Positions 29,439 through 39,538 of a stretch of DNA of 64,000 nt are shown piece after piece. Origin of the DNA: Polyangiales bacterium (GTDB lineage: Bacteria; Myxococcota_A; Polyangia; Polyangiales; Polyangiaceae); the NCBI GenBank assembly GCA_038230375.1, contig JBBRNJ010000049.1:1-64000 (forward strand), given 5' to 3'. The stretch's first letter is position 1. Each line of letters opens with the position of its first letter. Under the pieces are notes generated by a model that did not search any database, was not told the origin of the DNA, and was given only the letters and a program-made list of their open reading frames with translations. The translations under genes and the position numbers were made by a program.

Positions 29439-30029
29439 CTACTGCTGGAAGCCGGCGAGCTCATCGAGCGCGCCATCGGTCATGGTGGACGTCTTCACCG
29501 CCAGCTCCTTCTCGGGGTGCCCGTCGGCGCCGGCGAGCGCGAAGTACGGGATGAAGCGATACTTGTAGCCTGCACCCGCCAGACGTTCCGTGTCTGCGTC
29601 CACATCGAACTCGACCAGCTCCATGCGCGACAGCCTGGTGTCCAGCTTCCCACCGTACGCGAGCGCGTGGAAGTGCTTGCACGGCTCACACCATTTCGCG
29701 CCTGCATACACCACCAGCACGCGACCCTCTGCCTTGGCGCGCAGGCGCTCCGTCCGAACGAAGCTCGTGACCTCGGCGTCGGCCGGCGGGCGCACGATCT
29801 TGAGCTTGCCCGGACCATCGCGCGTGACGCCATTCTCCGCGATGCTCGCAGCGGGTTGCGTTGCGCCCGTGGTGGCGACGCCCGGCGTGCCCGGCGTGGT
29901 CGCGGCCGTTGCAACCACCCCCGTTGGCGCACCAGGTTCACCGGCAATGTGCGCCGGCTCCTGCTTCTTGTCGCACGCCGGAAGAACCGAGAGGAGGGCT
30001 GCCATCCACAACATGCATAGTACACGCAT
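29439..30029 (-). CDS. Thioredoxin-family lipoprotein
   Basis: LPAC lipobox; GAKWCEPC active site. Confidence 0.85.
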   Translation of the reverse strand: MRVLCMLWMAALLSVLPACDKKQEPAHIAGEPGAPTGVVATAATTPGTPGVATTGATQPAASIAENGVTRDGPGKLKIVRPPADAEVTSFVRTERLRAKAEGRVLVVYAGAKWCEPCKHFHALAYGGKLDTRLSRMELVEFDVDADTERLAGAGYKYRFIPYFALAGADGHPEKELAVKTSTMTDGALDELAGFQQ

Positions 30030-30034
30030 GCGCT

Positions 30035-31306
30035 TCACCCGCGCGGCCTGCCCTGCGCGATCCACGACTCCACGAGCTGGATCTCCTCCAGCGACAGCGC
30101 CGGATAGCCGAGCGGCATCCCGCGATGCTCGCCAGTCGGTCCGCCTGCCTCCTCTGCATAGCGATTGATGAGCGCACGTACCATCACGGGCGTCTCGTCC
30201 TTCTCCTTTGCGAAGACGCTGGAGCGCTCACCCTTGTCGTCCAGCATTCCCGCCGTCATGCCCTCGTACGAGACCAGGTTGAGGCCGCGCGGCTTGAAGC
30301 CGAGGCCCCCGGAGTTTCCGGGGCCGCCGTCGCCAATGGCGTAGTCGGGCTCCGAGTGGCAGTGCCAGCAGGTGCGGTGGAACACCTTCTTGTCCACCTC
30401 CTCGTACGTGACCTTGCGCGTGAGCACGGGCAGTCGTGCGGGCACGATCTTCGGCTGCGCCGCTGCCAGCTCCGCCTTCATGATGTACGCCGTGGCGGCC
30501 GCGATCTCCGCGTCGGTGAGCGGGATGTCGGGCATCACCGAGTCGCTCTTCATGGCCTTCGGTGACTTGAGCCACGTGGACACGCTTGCTGCAGTGGTGC
30601 GGTCGCGCGTGAAGCGGAGGTCGGGCGCGAGCACCTTCGCCTTCGCGAAATCCTTCTGCGCCAGCGTCACGGGGATCGGCGATACGACGAGCGCAGCGGT
30701 GCCGGTCATGGTGTGACAGCTGCCGCACCCCTTCCCGTCCAGGACCTTGCGACCAAGATCCAGATCGGCCACCTTGTCGCCCGGCTTCGCCTCCACCTTC
30801 GGCGCGTCGGCTTCGGGGTGGAGGTATGCGGCAATGTCGCGTGCGTCGGACACGGTGAGCGCGAGCCGCGGCATGGACTGCACGAGGCCCGGTCGAAAAT
30901 GCGGGCTCGGTTGCAGGAGGTAGTCCTCGATGAACGCGCGGGTGACGCGCTTGTCCATGGCCGTGAGCGACGGCGCGTACTGGATGTCCTTCACGCGCGG
31001 GATCCAGCGCGTCATGGACGCCTCGGGCGCCTTGAAGCGGCCCTCGATGATGTCCTCGTGGCAGTGGACGCAGTGCTTGCCCGAGTCTGCGGCGGGGTGC
31101 CCGGTGCCGTCGTGGCAGCGGTTGCACTGGAACGACAGGACCAGCTCCTTGCCATGCGCCCCGTTGCCTCCGGCCGCAACCGGAACCAACGTCGCGTGCG
31201 TGCCGCCAGCATCCACCACGTCCGGCTGTGGCGGAGGGTCCTTCTTGCACGCGGTGCCCACGACGACGGCCAACGCGAGAACGCACGCACCGATCTGCTT
31301 GTTCAT
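30035..31306 (-). CDS. Tetraheme c-type cytochrome lipoprotein
   Basis: GTAC lipobox; four CxxCH motifs (CNRCH, CVHCH, CGSCH, CWHCH). Confidence 0.9.
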   Translation of the reverse strand: MNKQIGACVLALAVVVGTACKKDPPPQPDVVDAGGTHATLVPVAAGGNGAHGKELVLSFQCNRCHDGTGHPAADSGKHCVHCHEDIIEGRFKAPEASMTRWIPRVKDIQYAPSLTAMDKRVTRAFIEDYLLQPSPHFRPGLVQSMPRLALTVSDARDIAAYLHPEADAPKVEAKPGDKVADLDLGRKVLDGKGCGSCHTMTGTAALVVSPIPVTLAQKDFAKAKVLAPDLRFTRDRTTAASVSTWLKSPKAMKSDSVMPDIPLTDAEIAAATAYIMKAELAAAQPKIVPARLPVLTRKVTYEEVDKKVFHRTCWHCHSEPDYAIGDGGPGNSGGLGFKPRGLNLVSYEGMTAGMLDDKGERSSVFAKEKDETPVMVRALINRYAEEAGGPTGEHRGMPLGYPALSLEEIQLVESWIAQGRPRG

Positions 31307-31324
31307 GCGAAGGCGATCCTACAT

Positions 31325-31362
31325 AAAAAAGCGCCGCTCTCGGTAGGGGACGAGAGCGGCGC
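31325..31362 (-). terminator. Intrinsic terminator
   Basis: Perfect 12-bp stem GCGCCGCTCTCG/CGAGAGCGGCGC followed by six T on the minus strand. Confidence 0.9.
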
Positions 31363-31414
31363 CAGGGGTAGAGAGAAATCTAGTGGGTGGAGATGCTTGT
31401 ACCGGGACGTGGGC

Positions 31415-32089
31415 TCACACCTTCGCGGCGGCGGCGACCTGCGTGCGGGGCTGCGTGGCGGGCGTGCCCGTCTTGCAGGTGTTCGGGTTCCTGGTCATCT
31501 CTTCGCAGCGCTTCAGCGCCTGTGCGCTGCCGTTCGTGTCGCCCTTCTCGCTGCGGAGACGCGCGAGCGCGGCGTACGCATTGGGGCTGCCCATGAGGTC
31601 CTTGTCGGCGAGCTTGGCGAGGAGCTCGAGGGCCTCGCCCTGCTTGCTGGGGATCTTCGAGAGCGCTTCGCCGAGGTCCGCCTGGACCGTGGGGTCGTTC
31701 GAGCGCTTGTCGTTGATCTCGCGGAGCGACTCGGCCGCCCAGGCGAGGTTGGAGCCCGGGGTCCAGCCACCCGAGCGCGCGGTGTCGCCGTTGGTGCGGA
31801 CGACCGCGAGAGCCATCACGCGAAGTGCGCGCGTCTGGAGCGGGTCAGCGCCGGCGGTGATGGCGCGAAAGTTCGGGAACGTGCGCGCGACGATGGTCGC
31901 GGCGTACGCGTTGTTGCCGCCCTCGAGCGAGCGCTCCGCGGAGGCGATCTCCTGGACGGGCGTCGGCTTCACGTCGAGCTGCTCGAGCCGCACGGACATG
32001 CCGCACGCGCTGGCGTGCCCTTCGAACGGGCCGGCGAACGCGGAGGCCATACCCAGGAAAGTCGCAGCGGCAAACACGAGCTTCTTCAT
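31415..32089 (-). CDS. Secreted helical (TPR-like) hypothetical protein
   Basis: GGAG RBS; signal peptide; helical repeats (ADLGEALSK, AYAALARLR). Confidence 0.7.
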   Translation of the reverse strand: MKKLVFAAATFLGMASAFAGPFEGHASACGMSVRLEQLDVKPTPVQEIASAERSLEGGNNAYAATIVARTFPNFRAITAGADPLQTRALRVMALAVVRTNGDTARSGGWTPGSNLAWAAESLREINDKRSNDPTVQADLGEALSKIPSKQGEALELLAKLADKDLMGSPNAYAALARLRSEKGDTNGSAQALKRCEEMTRNPNTCKTGTPATQPRTQVAAAAKV

Positions 32090-32331
32090 GATGACTATCT
32101 CTCCCTACGAGACGGTTGATGGAACCCTTCCCCGTCCGCGCCTTGATGAAACGCTCTCGGGGTCATTGTGTTGGACGCCTCAGGACCGAATTAGGTTCCC
32201 GGGTCCCCATTTTGGTCGGACAACCTCCCACATGGCGCGTCCATCGGAAAACCAGCGTGGCGACCTTGTAAATCTTGTCAATTTTGCCGCATGTCGTTGA
32301 AAGTCTCTCACAACCCCACTATTTCGAGGGG

Positions 32332-33351
32332 ATGGCTGAAGAGACCCTGGACGCCGGAAACAAGGCGCCGCTCACCCGCCCCAGCTCGGAGCTGACCCAC
32401 CTGGCCGATCTCTATCGGCAGATGTTCCTCATCCGCAGGCTCGAGGAAGAGGCGGCGCGCGCCTACTCGACCGGCAAGATCGGCGGCTTCCTGCACCTCT
32501 ACATCGGACAGGAGGCCGTGGGCGTGGGCGCGATCGCCGCGCTCAAGAAGGACGACTACGTCATCACGACCTATCGCGATCACGGCATCGCGATCGCGAA
32601 GGGCATGTCGTCGCGCGCGCTCATGGCGGAGCTCTACGGAAAGGTCACCGGCTGCTCGAAGGGCCTCGGCGGCTCCATGCACATGTTCGACAAGGACCAC
32701 CACATGCTCGGTGGCTACGGCATCGTCGGCGGGCACATCCCGCTCGCGGCTGGCGTCGCGTTTGCGTCGAAGTACCGGAACGACGGGCGCGTCACGCTCT
32801 GCTTCTTCGGCGAGGGCGCGGTGTCGATTGGTGGCTTCCACGAGGGGCTGTCGCTCGCGGCGCTGTGGAAGCTGCCCATCGTCTTCATCTGCGAGAACAA
32901 CGAGTACTCGATGGGCACGCCGCTCTCACGCTCCATGTCGGTCGAGGACGTCAGCATGAAGGCGCTCGGCTACGGCGTTGATCGCGATCGCTTCTTCTGC
33001 GAGGACGTCCTCGAGGTGGAACGTCGCATCGGTGAGGCCGTGCTTCGCGCGCGAGAGACCAGCATGCCCACGCTCGTGGAGGTCCGCACCTACCGCTTCC
33101 GCGGCCACAGCATGAGCGACCCCGCGAAGTACCGCACCCAGGCAGAGCTCGACGAGCACAAGCGCCGCGACCCGGTGCACCGCGCCCGCACCGATCTCGT
33201 CACGCGCGGCTTCGTGGAGGCACGCGTCGCCGAGCTCGAGGCTTCGGTCGAGGCCGAGGTCGTCGACGCCTTGAAATTCGCAGAGGAGAGCGCCGAGCCC
33301 GAGGCCGCGCTCCTTGCCCAGACCACCTACGACGGCCCGTTCGCTTCCTGA
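32332..33351 (+). CDS. pdhA: Pyruvate dehydrogenase E1 alpha
   Basis: GFLHLYIGQEA, YRDH, GGSMH, TPP-binding GEGA...ENN, YRFRGHSMSDP. Confidence 0.95.
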   Translation: MAEETLDAGNKAPLTRPSSELTHLADLYRQMFLIRRLEEEAARAYSTGKIGGFLHLYIGQEAVGVGAIAALKKDDYVITTYRDHGIAIAKGMSSRALMAELYGKVTGCSKGLGGSMHMFDKDHHMLGGYGIVGGHIPLAAGVAFASKYRNDGRVTLCFFGEGAVSIGGFHEGLSLAALWKLPIVFICENNEYSMGTPLSRSMSVEDVSMKALGYGVDRDRFFCEDVLEVERRIGEAVLRARETSMPTLVEVRTYRFRGHSMSDPAKYRTQAELDEHKRRDPVHRARTDLVTRGFVEARVAELEASVEAEVVDALKFAEESAEPEAALLAQTTYDGPFAS

Positions 33352-33359
33352 GGAATCCC

Positions 33360-34352
33360 ATGGCAACGAGACAGCTCAGGTACCGCGAAGCCTTGCGTGA
33401 GGCGATGATCGAGGAGATGGAGCGCGATCCGAACGTGTTCCTCATGGGCGAAGAGGTCGGCCACTATCAGGGCGCCTACAAGGTCTCCGAAGGCATGCTC
33501 GAGAAGTTTGGCGAGAAGCGCGTCGTCGACACCCCCATCGCGGAGAGCGGCTTCGCAGGCGTTGGCGTGGGCGCGGCGATGGTCGGCCTGCGTCCCATCA
33601 TCGAGTTCATGACGTGGAATTTCTCCGCCGTCGCGTTCGATCAGATCCTGAACAACGCGGCGAAGGTCCGCCAGATGTCGGGCGGGCAGTTCAGCTGCCC
33701 CATCGTCTTCCGCGGTCCGAATGCCAGCGCGCGCCAGGTGGGCAGCCAGCACTCGCACGCGATGGAGCACTTCTACGCCACGGTGCCTGGACTCAAGGTC
33801 GTTGCGCCCGCCTTCCCGAAGGACGCGAAGGGCCTGATGAAGGCTGCCATCCGCGACGACAACCCCGTCCTCGTCATGGAGTCGGAGACGCTCTACTCCG
33901 TGAAGGGCGACGTGCCCGATGATCTGTCGGACGTCGTCATCGGCAAGGCGCAGATCGCGCGGCCGGGCAAGGACGTGACGCTGATCGCCTACTCGCGCGC
34001 CACGCACATCGCACTGGACGCGGCCACGGAGCTCGAGAAGGTCGGCATCTCCGCGGAGGTCGTGGACCTGCGCAGCCTCCGCCCACTCGACGAGGACACC
34101 ATCTGCGACAGCGTGCGCCGCACCCATCGCGCCGTCGTCGTGCACGAGGGCTGGCCGTACGGCGGCGTGGGCGCGGAGATCGTCGACCGCATCCAGCGCC
34201 TCGCGTTCGATTCGCTCGAGGCGCCCGTGCTGCGCGTGACCACGCTCGATGTGGGCATGCCCTACAACGCAAAGCTCGAGCAGCTCTGCATGCCGCAGAA
34301 GGAGCGCGTCGTCGCGGCGGTGACCAAGGTCGTTTCCCGAGGGAGAGCGTGA
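33360..34352 (+). CDS. pdhB: Pyruvate dehydrogenase E1 beta
   Basis: GEEVG, DTPIAESGF, EFMTWNF, QHSH, DLRSLRPLD. Confidence 0.95.
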   Translation: MATRQLRYREALREAMIEEMERDPNVFLMGEEVGHYQGAYKVSEGMLEKFGEKRVVDTPIAESGFAGVGVGAAMVGLRPIIEFMTWNFSAVAFDQILNNAAKVRQMSGGQFSCPIVFRGPNASARQVGSQHSHAMEHFYATVPGLKVVAPAFPKDAKGLMKAAIRDDNPVLVMESETLYSVKGDVPDDLSDVVIGKAQIARPGKDVTLIAYSRATHIALDAATELEKVGISAEVVDLRSLRPLDEDTICDSVRRTHRAVVVHEGWPYGGVGAEIVDRIQRLAFDSLEAPVLRVTTLDVGMPYNAKLEQLCMPQKERVVAAVTKVVSRGRA

Positions 34353-35770
34353 TGGCGAAGATCCTGGACATGCCGAAGCTGTCGCCCACCATGGAGGAGG
34401 GCGTCCTTGCCATCTGGCACAAGAAGGAGGGCGACGTCGTCGGCGTGGACGATCTCCTTGCCGAGGTCGAGACCGACAAGGCGACCATGGAGTTCCGCTC
34501 CTTCGACAAAGGCGCGCTCCTCAAGATCCTCGTCGCGCCCGGCGCGACAGTGAAGCTGGGGCAACCCGTCGCAGTCATCGGCGAGCCCGGCGAGGATGTG
34601 AGCGCGCTCCTCGCATCCATCGCTGGTGCAGCGCCCGCCGCCGATCCCCCTCCCGCGAAGGAAGCCGCAAAGGAAGGCACGACGGCCGCGCCCGTGAGTG
34701 AGGAGGCGCCGAAGACGCTCGCGCCGCCGCCCGCGCAACCCGCGCAGGCCGCGCAGGCCGCCGTGCCGCAGAGGCCACGCGCGCCGAAGGATGCGCTGGC
34801 GTTCCTCACACGCACCGAGCAGCTGGAAGACGACATGCCGGTGACCCCAGTGAACGGGGCGAAGGCGCTCGCATCGCCGTTCGTGCGGAGCCGTGCGCGC
34901 GAGCTGGGCGTCGACCTTGGGAACATCGCCGGCACGGGCAAGCACGGGCGCGTGCTGCCCGAGGATCTCGCTCAGACGCGCGCCATCACCGTCTCGAATG
35001 CGCAGTCAGGGGCCGTGGGGCCCACGCAGGCGCTTGCGCGGGCGACCCACACGCTCGCAGAGCCAAAGCTTGTCCCGTTGTCGCCCATGCGCAGGACCAT
35101 CGCCAAGCGCCTGGTGCAGAGCAAGCAGACCGTGCCGCATTTCTACCTGCAGATCGACGTGCGGGCGGAGGCGCTCGTGACCTTGCGCGAGAGCATCAAC
35201 GCGGAGCTGGCGCGCGAGAAGCCCAAGGGCGATGCGGCACCCAAGAAGATCAGCGTGAACGATCTCCTGGTGAAGGCAGTGGCAACCGCGCTCGTGCGGG
35301 TGCCGGAATGCAACGCGCAGTTCTCGGACGAAGGCCTGCTCTACCACCAGCGCGTGGACATCTCCGTGGCCGTCGCGGTCCCGGACGGGCTGGTCACGCC
35401 GGTCGTTCGCGACGCGGACAAGAAGAGCGTCGTGCACATCGCGGAAGAGGTCCGCGACCTGGCCGCGCGCGCCCGCCAGAAGAAGCTCAAGCCGGAGGAG
35501 ATGTCGGACGGCACGTTCTCGATCTCGAACCTTGGCATGTTCGGCATCGATCAGTTCTCCGCGGTGATCAACCCGCCGGAGGGCGCCATCCTTGCCGTGG
35601 GCCAGGTGCGCGATGAGCCCGTGGTGGAGGACGGCGTGGTGAAGCCGGGCAAGCGCCTCGCGCTCACGCTGTCGTGCGATCACCGGGTCATCGACGGCGC
35701 GGTGGGTGCTTCCTTCCTGGCAGAGCTCCGCGCGCTGATCGAGCATCCCATGCGCGTTCTCACGGGCTGA
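34352..35770 (+). CDS. pdhC: Dihydrolipoamide acetyltransferase (E2)
   Basis: One lipoyl domain (VETDKA); E3-binding ASP...GTGKHGRV; catalytic DHRVIDG. Confidence 0.95.
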   Translation: MAKILDMPKLSPTMEEGVLAIWHKKEGDVVGVDDLLAEVETDKATMEFRSFDKGALLKILVAPGATVKLGQPVAVIGEPGEDVSALLASIAGAAPAADPPPAKEAAKEGTTAAPVSEEAPKTLAPPPAQPAQAAQAAVPQRPRAPKDALAFLTRTEQLEDDMPVTPVNGAKALASPFVRSRARELGVDLGNIAGTGKHGRVLPEDLAQTRAITVSNAQSGAVGPTQALARATHTLAEPKLVPLSPMRRTIAKRLVQSKQTVPHFYLQIDVRAEALVTLRESINAELAREKPKGDAAPKKISVNDLLVKAVATALVRVPECNAQFSDEGLLYHQRVDISVAVAVPDGLVTPVVRDADKKSVVHIAEEVRDLAARARQKKLKPEEMSDGTFSISNLGMFGIDQFSAVINPPEGAILAVGQVRDEPVVEDGVVKPGKRLALTLSCDHRVIDGAVGASFLAELRALIEHPMRVLTG

Positions 35771-35784
35771 GCTAGCCTCTCTTC

Positions 35785-36747
35785 GTGCCCAAGCTGCGCA
35801 CGCTCCGAAGACGCTCCGCAGGCCTCGCGATCCTGATCGCGACCTCGTGCGTGCCGGCGGTCGCCGTGGCGCACCACACGAAGAGCGCGCGCGATGCCCT
35901 GGACGTTCGCATGAACGCGCCTCGCGCCGACGGCGTCGTGGCCCTTGCGCTCGTGCCCAGCCCGCGCGTGTTCATAGCGCGCGGCGAGTTCGTCATGGGC
36001 GCCACGCACGAGGAGATGCTCGCCGCATTCTCGCTCTGCCACACCGAGCCACTCGGCCTTGCCTGCGACGACCCGCGCGTCTTCCGACCCCAGCGCGAGG
36101 GCGCGGCCCACCGGGTCACGCTCTCCGCGTTCGAGATCGACCGCACCGAGGTCACGCTGGGTGCATACCGGCGCTGCGCGGACGTCGCCCGCTGCCAGCC
36201 CGCACACACGCCCACCGGCGACGCGCGCTTCGACGACCCCCTCCTGCCCGTCACCTTCGTCACGTGGGACGACGCCCGCGCGTTCTGCGGGTTCGCGGGC
36301 GGCAGGCTCCCCACCGAAGCCGAGTGGGAGTTCGCGGCACGCGGCCCCGCACGACGGACGTTTCCGTGGGGCAACTTGTATAATGCACATATCGCGAACC
36401 ACGGCAGCCTGGGCGCGCTCGACACCAGTGCAACGGACGGCCACGAGTGGCTCGCGCGCGTGGGCGAGATGAAGGACGACCGCACGGCGCTGGGGGTGCA
36501 GGACCTAGGCGGCAACGCTGCGGAGTACGTGGCCGACTGGTACGAGGAGCGGCCCATGGGCACCGGCTACGACCCCACGCCCGTGATCGACCCGAAGGGC
36601 CCGGCGTCGGGCCTCGGCCCCGTGATACGTGGTGGCTCCTACCGCCGCGGCGCGTACACGTCCCGCGGTTCGTTCCGTCGCACGACTGACTTCACACACA
36701 GCGCCGACATCGGCTTTCGCTGCGCGTACGACGTAGACCGCCGCTGA
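35785..36747 (+). CDS. FGE-sulfatase (SUMF1-like) domain secreted protein
   Basis: FVMGA, EIDRTEVT, RLPTEAEWE, DLGGNAAE, RGGSY, IGFRC; lacks the FGE catalytic cysteines. Confidence 0.88.
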   Translation: MPKLRTLRRRSAGLAILIATSCVPAVAVAHHTKSARDALDVRMNAPRADGVVALALVPSPRVFIARGEFVMGATHEEMLAAFSLCHTEPLGLACDDPRVFRPQREGAAHRVTLSAFEIDRTEVTLGAYRRCADVARCQPAHTPTGDARFDDPLLPVTFVTWDDARAFCGFAGGRLPTEAEWEFAARGPARRTFPWGNLYNAHIANHGSLGALDTSATDGHEWLARVGEMKDDRTALGVQDLGGNAAEYVADWYEERPMGTGYDPTPVIDPKGPASGLGPVIRGGSYRRGAYTSRGSFRRTTDFTHSADIGFRCAYDVDRR

Positions 36748-36774
36748 AAGCAAGGTCGGTGTTAAGATGCGCCC

Positions 36775-37692
36775 ATGCGTATCGCGCACATCTCCGATCT
36801 TCACGTGCTCTCCATGGACGGCGTGTCCACCACCCGGTTCCTGAACAAGCGGCTCACTGGCTACATGAACCTGAAGCTGAAGCGGCAGCACGTTCATCGC
36901 TCCCAGACGGTCGTCGCGTTGCTCCGCGAGATCCGCCGCCAGAACCCGGAGCACGTCGTCATCACCGGCGACCTCACGAACCTGGCACTCGAGCCCGAGT
37001 TCGAGGCCGTGCGCGAGATGCTCGACAAGGAGCTGGGCTTCGACCCGTCGCGCGTCAGCGTGGTGCCGGGCAACCACGATCTCTACACGCGCGGCGCGCT
37101 GCGGGCGCAGCGGTTCACGCGCTACTTCGCTCCGTACGTCACGAGCGATCTGCCCGACCTGGGCGCGAACATCCCGCTCGGCCTCTTCCCGTTCGTGCGT
37201 CTCCGCAACAACGTCGCGATCATCGGCCTGTCATCCGCAGTGCCGCGCCCGCCGCTGGTGGCCTCTGGAGAGCTCGGGTCGCCCCAGACGGCAGCGCTCC
37301 GCGACATCCTCGCGAACGACGAGGTGAAGAAGCGCACGCCCATCTTCCTGCTCCATCACCCGCCGCGGAACCCCGACTCGGTGGTGAAGACCGCGCTCGA
37401 GGGCCTGTGGGACGCGGCGGCGCTCACGTCCATGTACAACCACCTGCACCGCGGGCTCTTGTTGCACGGGCACCTGCACCGCCGCATTCATCGCGCACAT
37501 CCCACGCTCTCGGGGTCGCTCGACTCCGTGGGTGCCACCAGCGCGTCGCTCCACCACGAGCACGAGGACCGCATGGCGGGGTTCAACACGTATGACATCG
37601 ACAGCGGCGGCGCGATCGAGAAGATCTCCTCGTGCGTCTACGACTCGGAGCACGGCACCTTCAGCGTACGCGCAGTCCCGACCGCGGCCTGA
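36775..37692 (+). CDS. Calcineurin-like metallophosphoesterase
   Basis: HISDLH, TGDL, PGNHD, LHHPP, HGHLH. Confidence 0.92.
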   Translation: MRIAHISDLHVLSMDGVSTTRFLNKRLTGYMNLKLKRQHVHRSQTVVALLREIRRQNPEHVVITGDLTNLALEPEFEAVREMLDKELGFDPSRVSVVPGNHDLYTRGALRAQRFTRYFAPYVTSDLPDLGANIPLGLFPFVRLRNNVAIIGLSSAVPRPPLVASGELGSPQTAALRDILANDEVKKRTPIFLLHHPPRNPDSVVKTALEGLWDAAALTSMYNHLHRGLLLHGHLHRRIHRAHPTLSGSLDSVGATSASLHHEHEDRMAGFNTYDIDSGGAIEKISSCVYDSEHGTFSVRAVPTAA

Positions 37693-37719
37693 GCGACCGC
37701 GGCGCACGGCCACCGAACA

Positions 37720-37765
37720 CAAAATGCGACGAGCGCCCTGCCTTGCGGCGGAGCGCTCGTGTCGC
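37720..37765 (-). terminator. Probable terminator for the cold-shock gene
   Basis: ACGAGCGC...GCGCTCGT hairpin followed by ATTTTG on the minus strand. Confidence 0.6.
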
Positions 37766-37782
37766 TCGATCGAGATCGCGTT

Positions 37783-38010
37783 TCAGGCCTGCGCTTGCGC
37801 TTGCGGCTGATCCTGACGGATCACGTTCACGGCCTGGAGGCCTTTGGGGCCTTCCTTGATCTCGAACTCGACGGTCTCATCCTCGAAGAGGCGGCGACGA
37901 CCATCGCCGCTGATCTGCGAATAGTGGACGAAGACGTCGGGGCCTTCGTCCTGCTTGATGAAACCCCAGCCCTTTTCATCGTTGAACCACTTCACCTTGC
38001 CGAGTGCCAT
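37783..38010 (-). CDS. Cold-shock protein (CspA family)
   Basis: GKVKWFN, KGWGFI (RNP1), DVFVHYS (RNP2), KGLQAVNV; GGAGG RBS. Confidence 0.97.
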   Translation of the reverse strand: MALGKVKWFNDEKGWGFIKQDEGPDVFVHYSQISGDGRRRLFEDETVEFEIKEGPKGLQAVNVIRQDQPQAQAQA

Positions 38011-38129
38011 CGAGATGCCTCCACTTCCGCGAGAACGAGTACTGCTACAGCTTTGGAACTACCTGACACTGACTATGCGCATCGTGATCCGCGAGGGCCC
38101 CGAGAGCGTCTTCTGCATCAAGTTCGCGC

Positions 38130-38159
38130 AGCATAATTTTGTCGGAAGACACCGGTCAA
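38130..38159 (-). promoter_or_regulatory. Sigma70-type promoter of the csp gene with ~110-nt 5' UTR
   Basis: TTGACC-18 bp-TATGCT on the minus strand; long leaders are typical of csp genes. Confidence 0.6.
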
Positions 38160-38293
38160 GGCTCGAATGCCAACAGGCACGATGGTGCTACTGATTCACG
38201 TTGGTGCTTGACATTACGCCTTTGAAGCCAAGCGCGAATGTCGTCGGGCTTGGCTCGCTCGGAGCTCTCCCCGAGCTGGGTCCGAGGCGCCCG

Positions 38294-39538
38294 TTACTTG
38301 AGGATCTGGCCCTTTTCGAGCGCATCAAGCTCGTCGAGGTTCGCCTTCACGCGCGGATCCTGCGGATCAAGCCGCTTCGCCGTCATGAGCGCGGAGCGCG
38401 CCTCTGCACGCGTGGCAGGCGCGTGTGCCAGGATGGTCGCCAGGTTCACCCACGCAGACACGAGCTTCGGATCCAGCTCGATGGCCTTGCGGTACTCCGC
38501 GATCGCGGGGTCGCGTTGCTGCGACAGCTGCAGTGCGTAGCCCAGGTTCGAGTGGAACGTGGCGCGGCGCGGGTCCAGCGCGACCGCACGCCGCAGCTCG
38601 GCGATGCCGCGGAGCACGTCGTTCGCGGCAAGCAATGCCGTGCCCAGATCGGAATGCGCGCGCGGCTCGCTGTCGGCAAGCGCGACCTCGATCTCGTACT
38701 CGCCGATGGCCTCTGGCACGCGACCGAGCATGAAGAACACCGTGCCCAGATTGCCGTGGCGCGGCGCACTGCCCATGTCGAGCTCCACGCCGCGACGCAG
38801 CTGCTTGAGCGCGTTCTCCGCGTTGCCCGACGCGAGCTCCGCGACGCCGCACGCGGACAGCACCTCCGGATCATCTGGAAGCAGCTCCGTGGCGCGCGTG
38901 AGCTGCACGAGCGCGGCGGGCGCATCGCCAAGAAGGAGGTACCCGCGCCCGAGCTCCGCGTGCAACGGTCCGTGGTCTGCCGCTGCCGACAGCGTGGTGA
39001 GCTTCACGAGCTCCGCGACCGCAGCCTTCACGTCGTGGTTGTCCTTGGCGGACGCAAAGCCGAAGTCGGGAGCAGCCTTCGCGATCTTCGTGCGCAGCCT
39101 GCCGACCTTCGGCGCGAGGTCCTTGGGTGCCATGCTCTCGGCACGCTTGTAGTGCAGGTCCGCGCCCGCAAAGTCCTGCGTCTCGATCGCCGCGTCACCT
39201 TGCTTGAGCTCGTTGTCCAGCGGTGACCCATCGCCACGAGTCAGGCGAATGGTCTGCGTCTTCGGCGGCGGATACGTCACCTTCGGCGGGGGAATCTTGG
39301 TGGCATTCACTCCGGCGTCCACGGTGGGCGGTGACACGGTGACGATAGGCGCTGTGTTGTTCGGCGTGGGCGACGCGGCGTCGCGGTCGTCCGACAGCTT
39401 CATGGGGCCGGGCACGGTGGGAGGTACGTCCGGCCCGCACGCTGCGACTGGCGGCAACGACAGGCACGCCAGCATGACGAGCGGAACCGACGCGCCCTTG
39501 AGCGCAACGCGAATCACGTCGAGCGGTGACGGCCTCAA
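38294..39538 (-). CDS. TPR-repeat lipoprotein
   Basis: VAAC lipobox; Pro-rich linker; tandem TPRs (HGNLG, HSDLG, HSNLG, WVNLA). Confidence 0.88.
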   Translation of the reverse strand: MRPSPLDVIRVALKGASVPLVMLACLSLPPVAACGPDVPPTVPGPMKLSDDRDAASPTPNNTAPIVTVSPPTVDAGVNATKIPPPKVTYPPPKTQTIRLTRGDGSPLDNELKQGDAAIETQDFAGADLHYKRAESMAPKDLAPKVGRLRTKIAKAAPDFGFASAKDNHDVKAAVAELVKLTTLSAAADHGPLHAELGRGYLLLGDAPAALVQLTRATELLPDDPEVLSACGVAELASGNAENALKQLRRGVELDMGSAPRHGNLGTVFFMLGRVPEAIGEYEIEVALADSEPRAHSDLGTALLAANDVLRGIAELRRAVALDPRRATFHSNLGYALQLSQQRDPAIAEYRKAIELDPKLVSAWVNLATILAHAPATRAEARSALMTAKRLDPQDPRVKANLDELDALEKGQILK

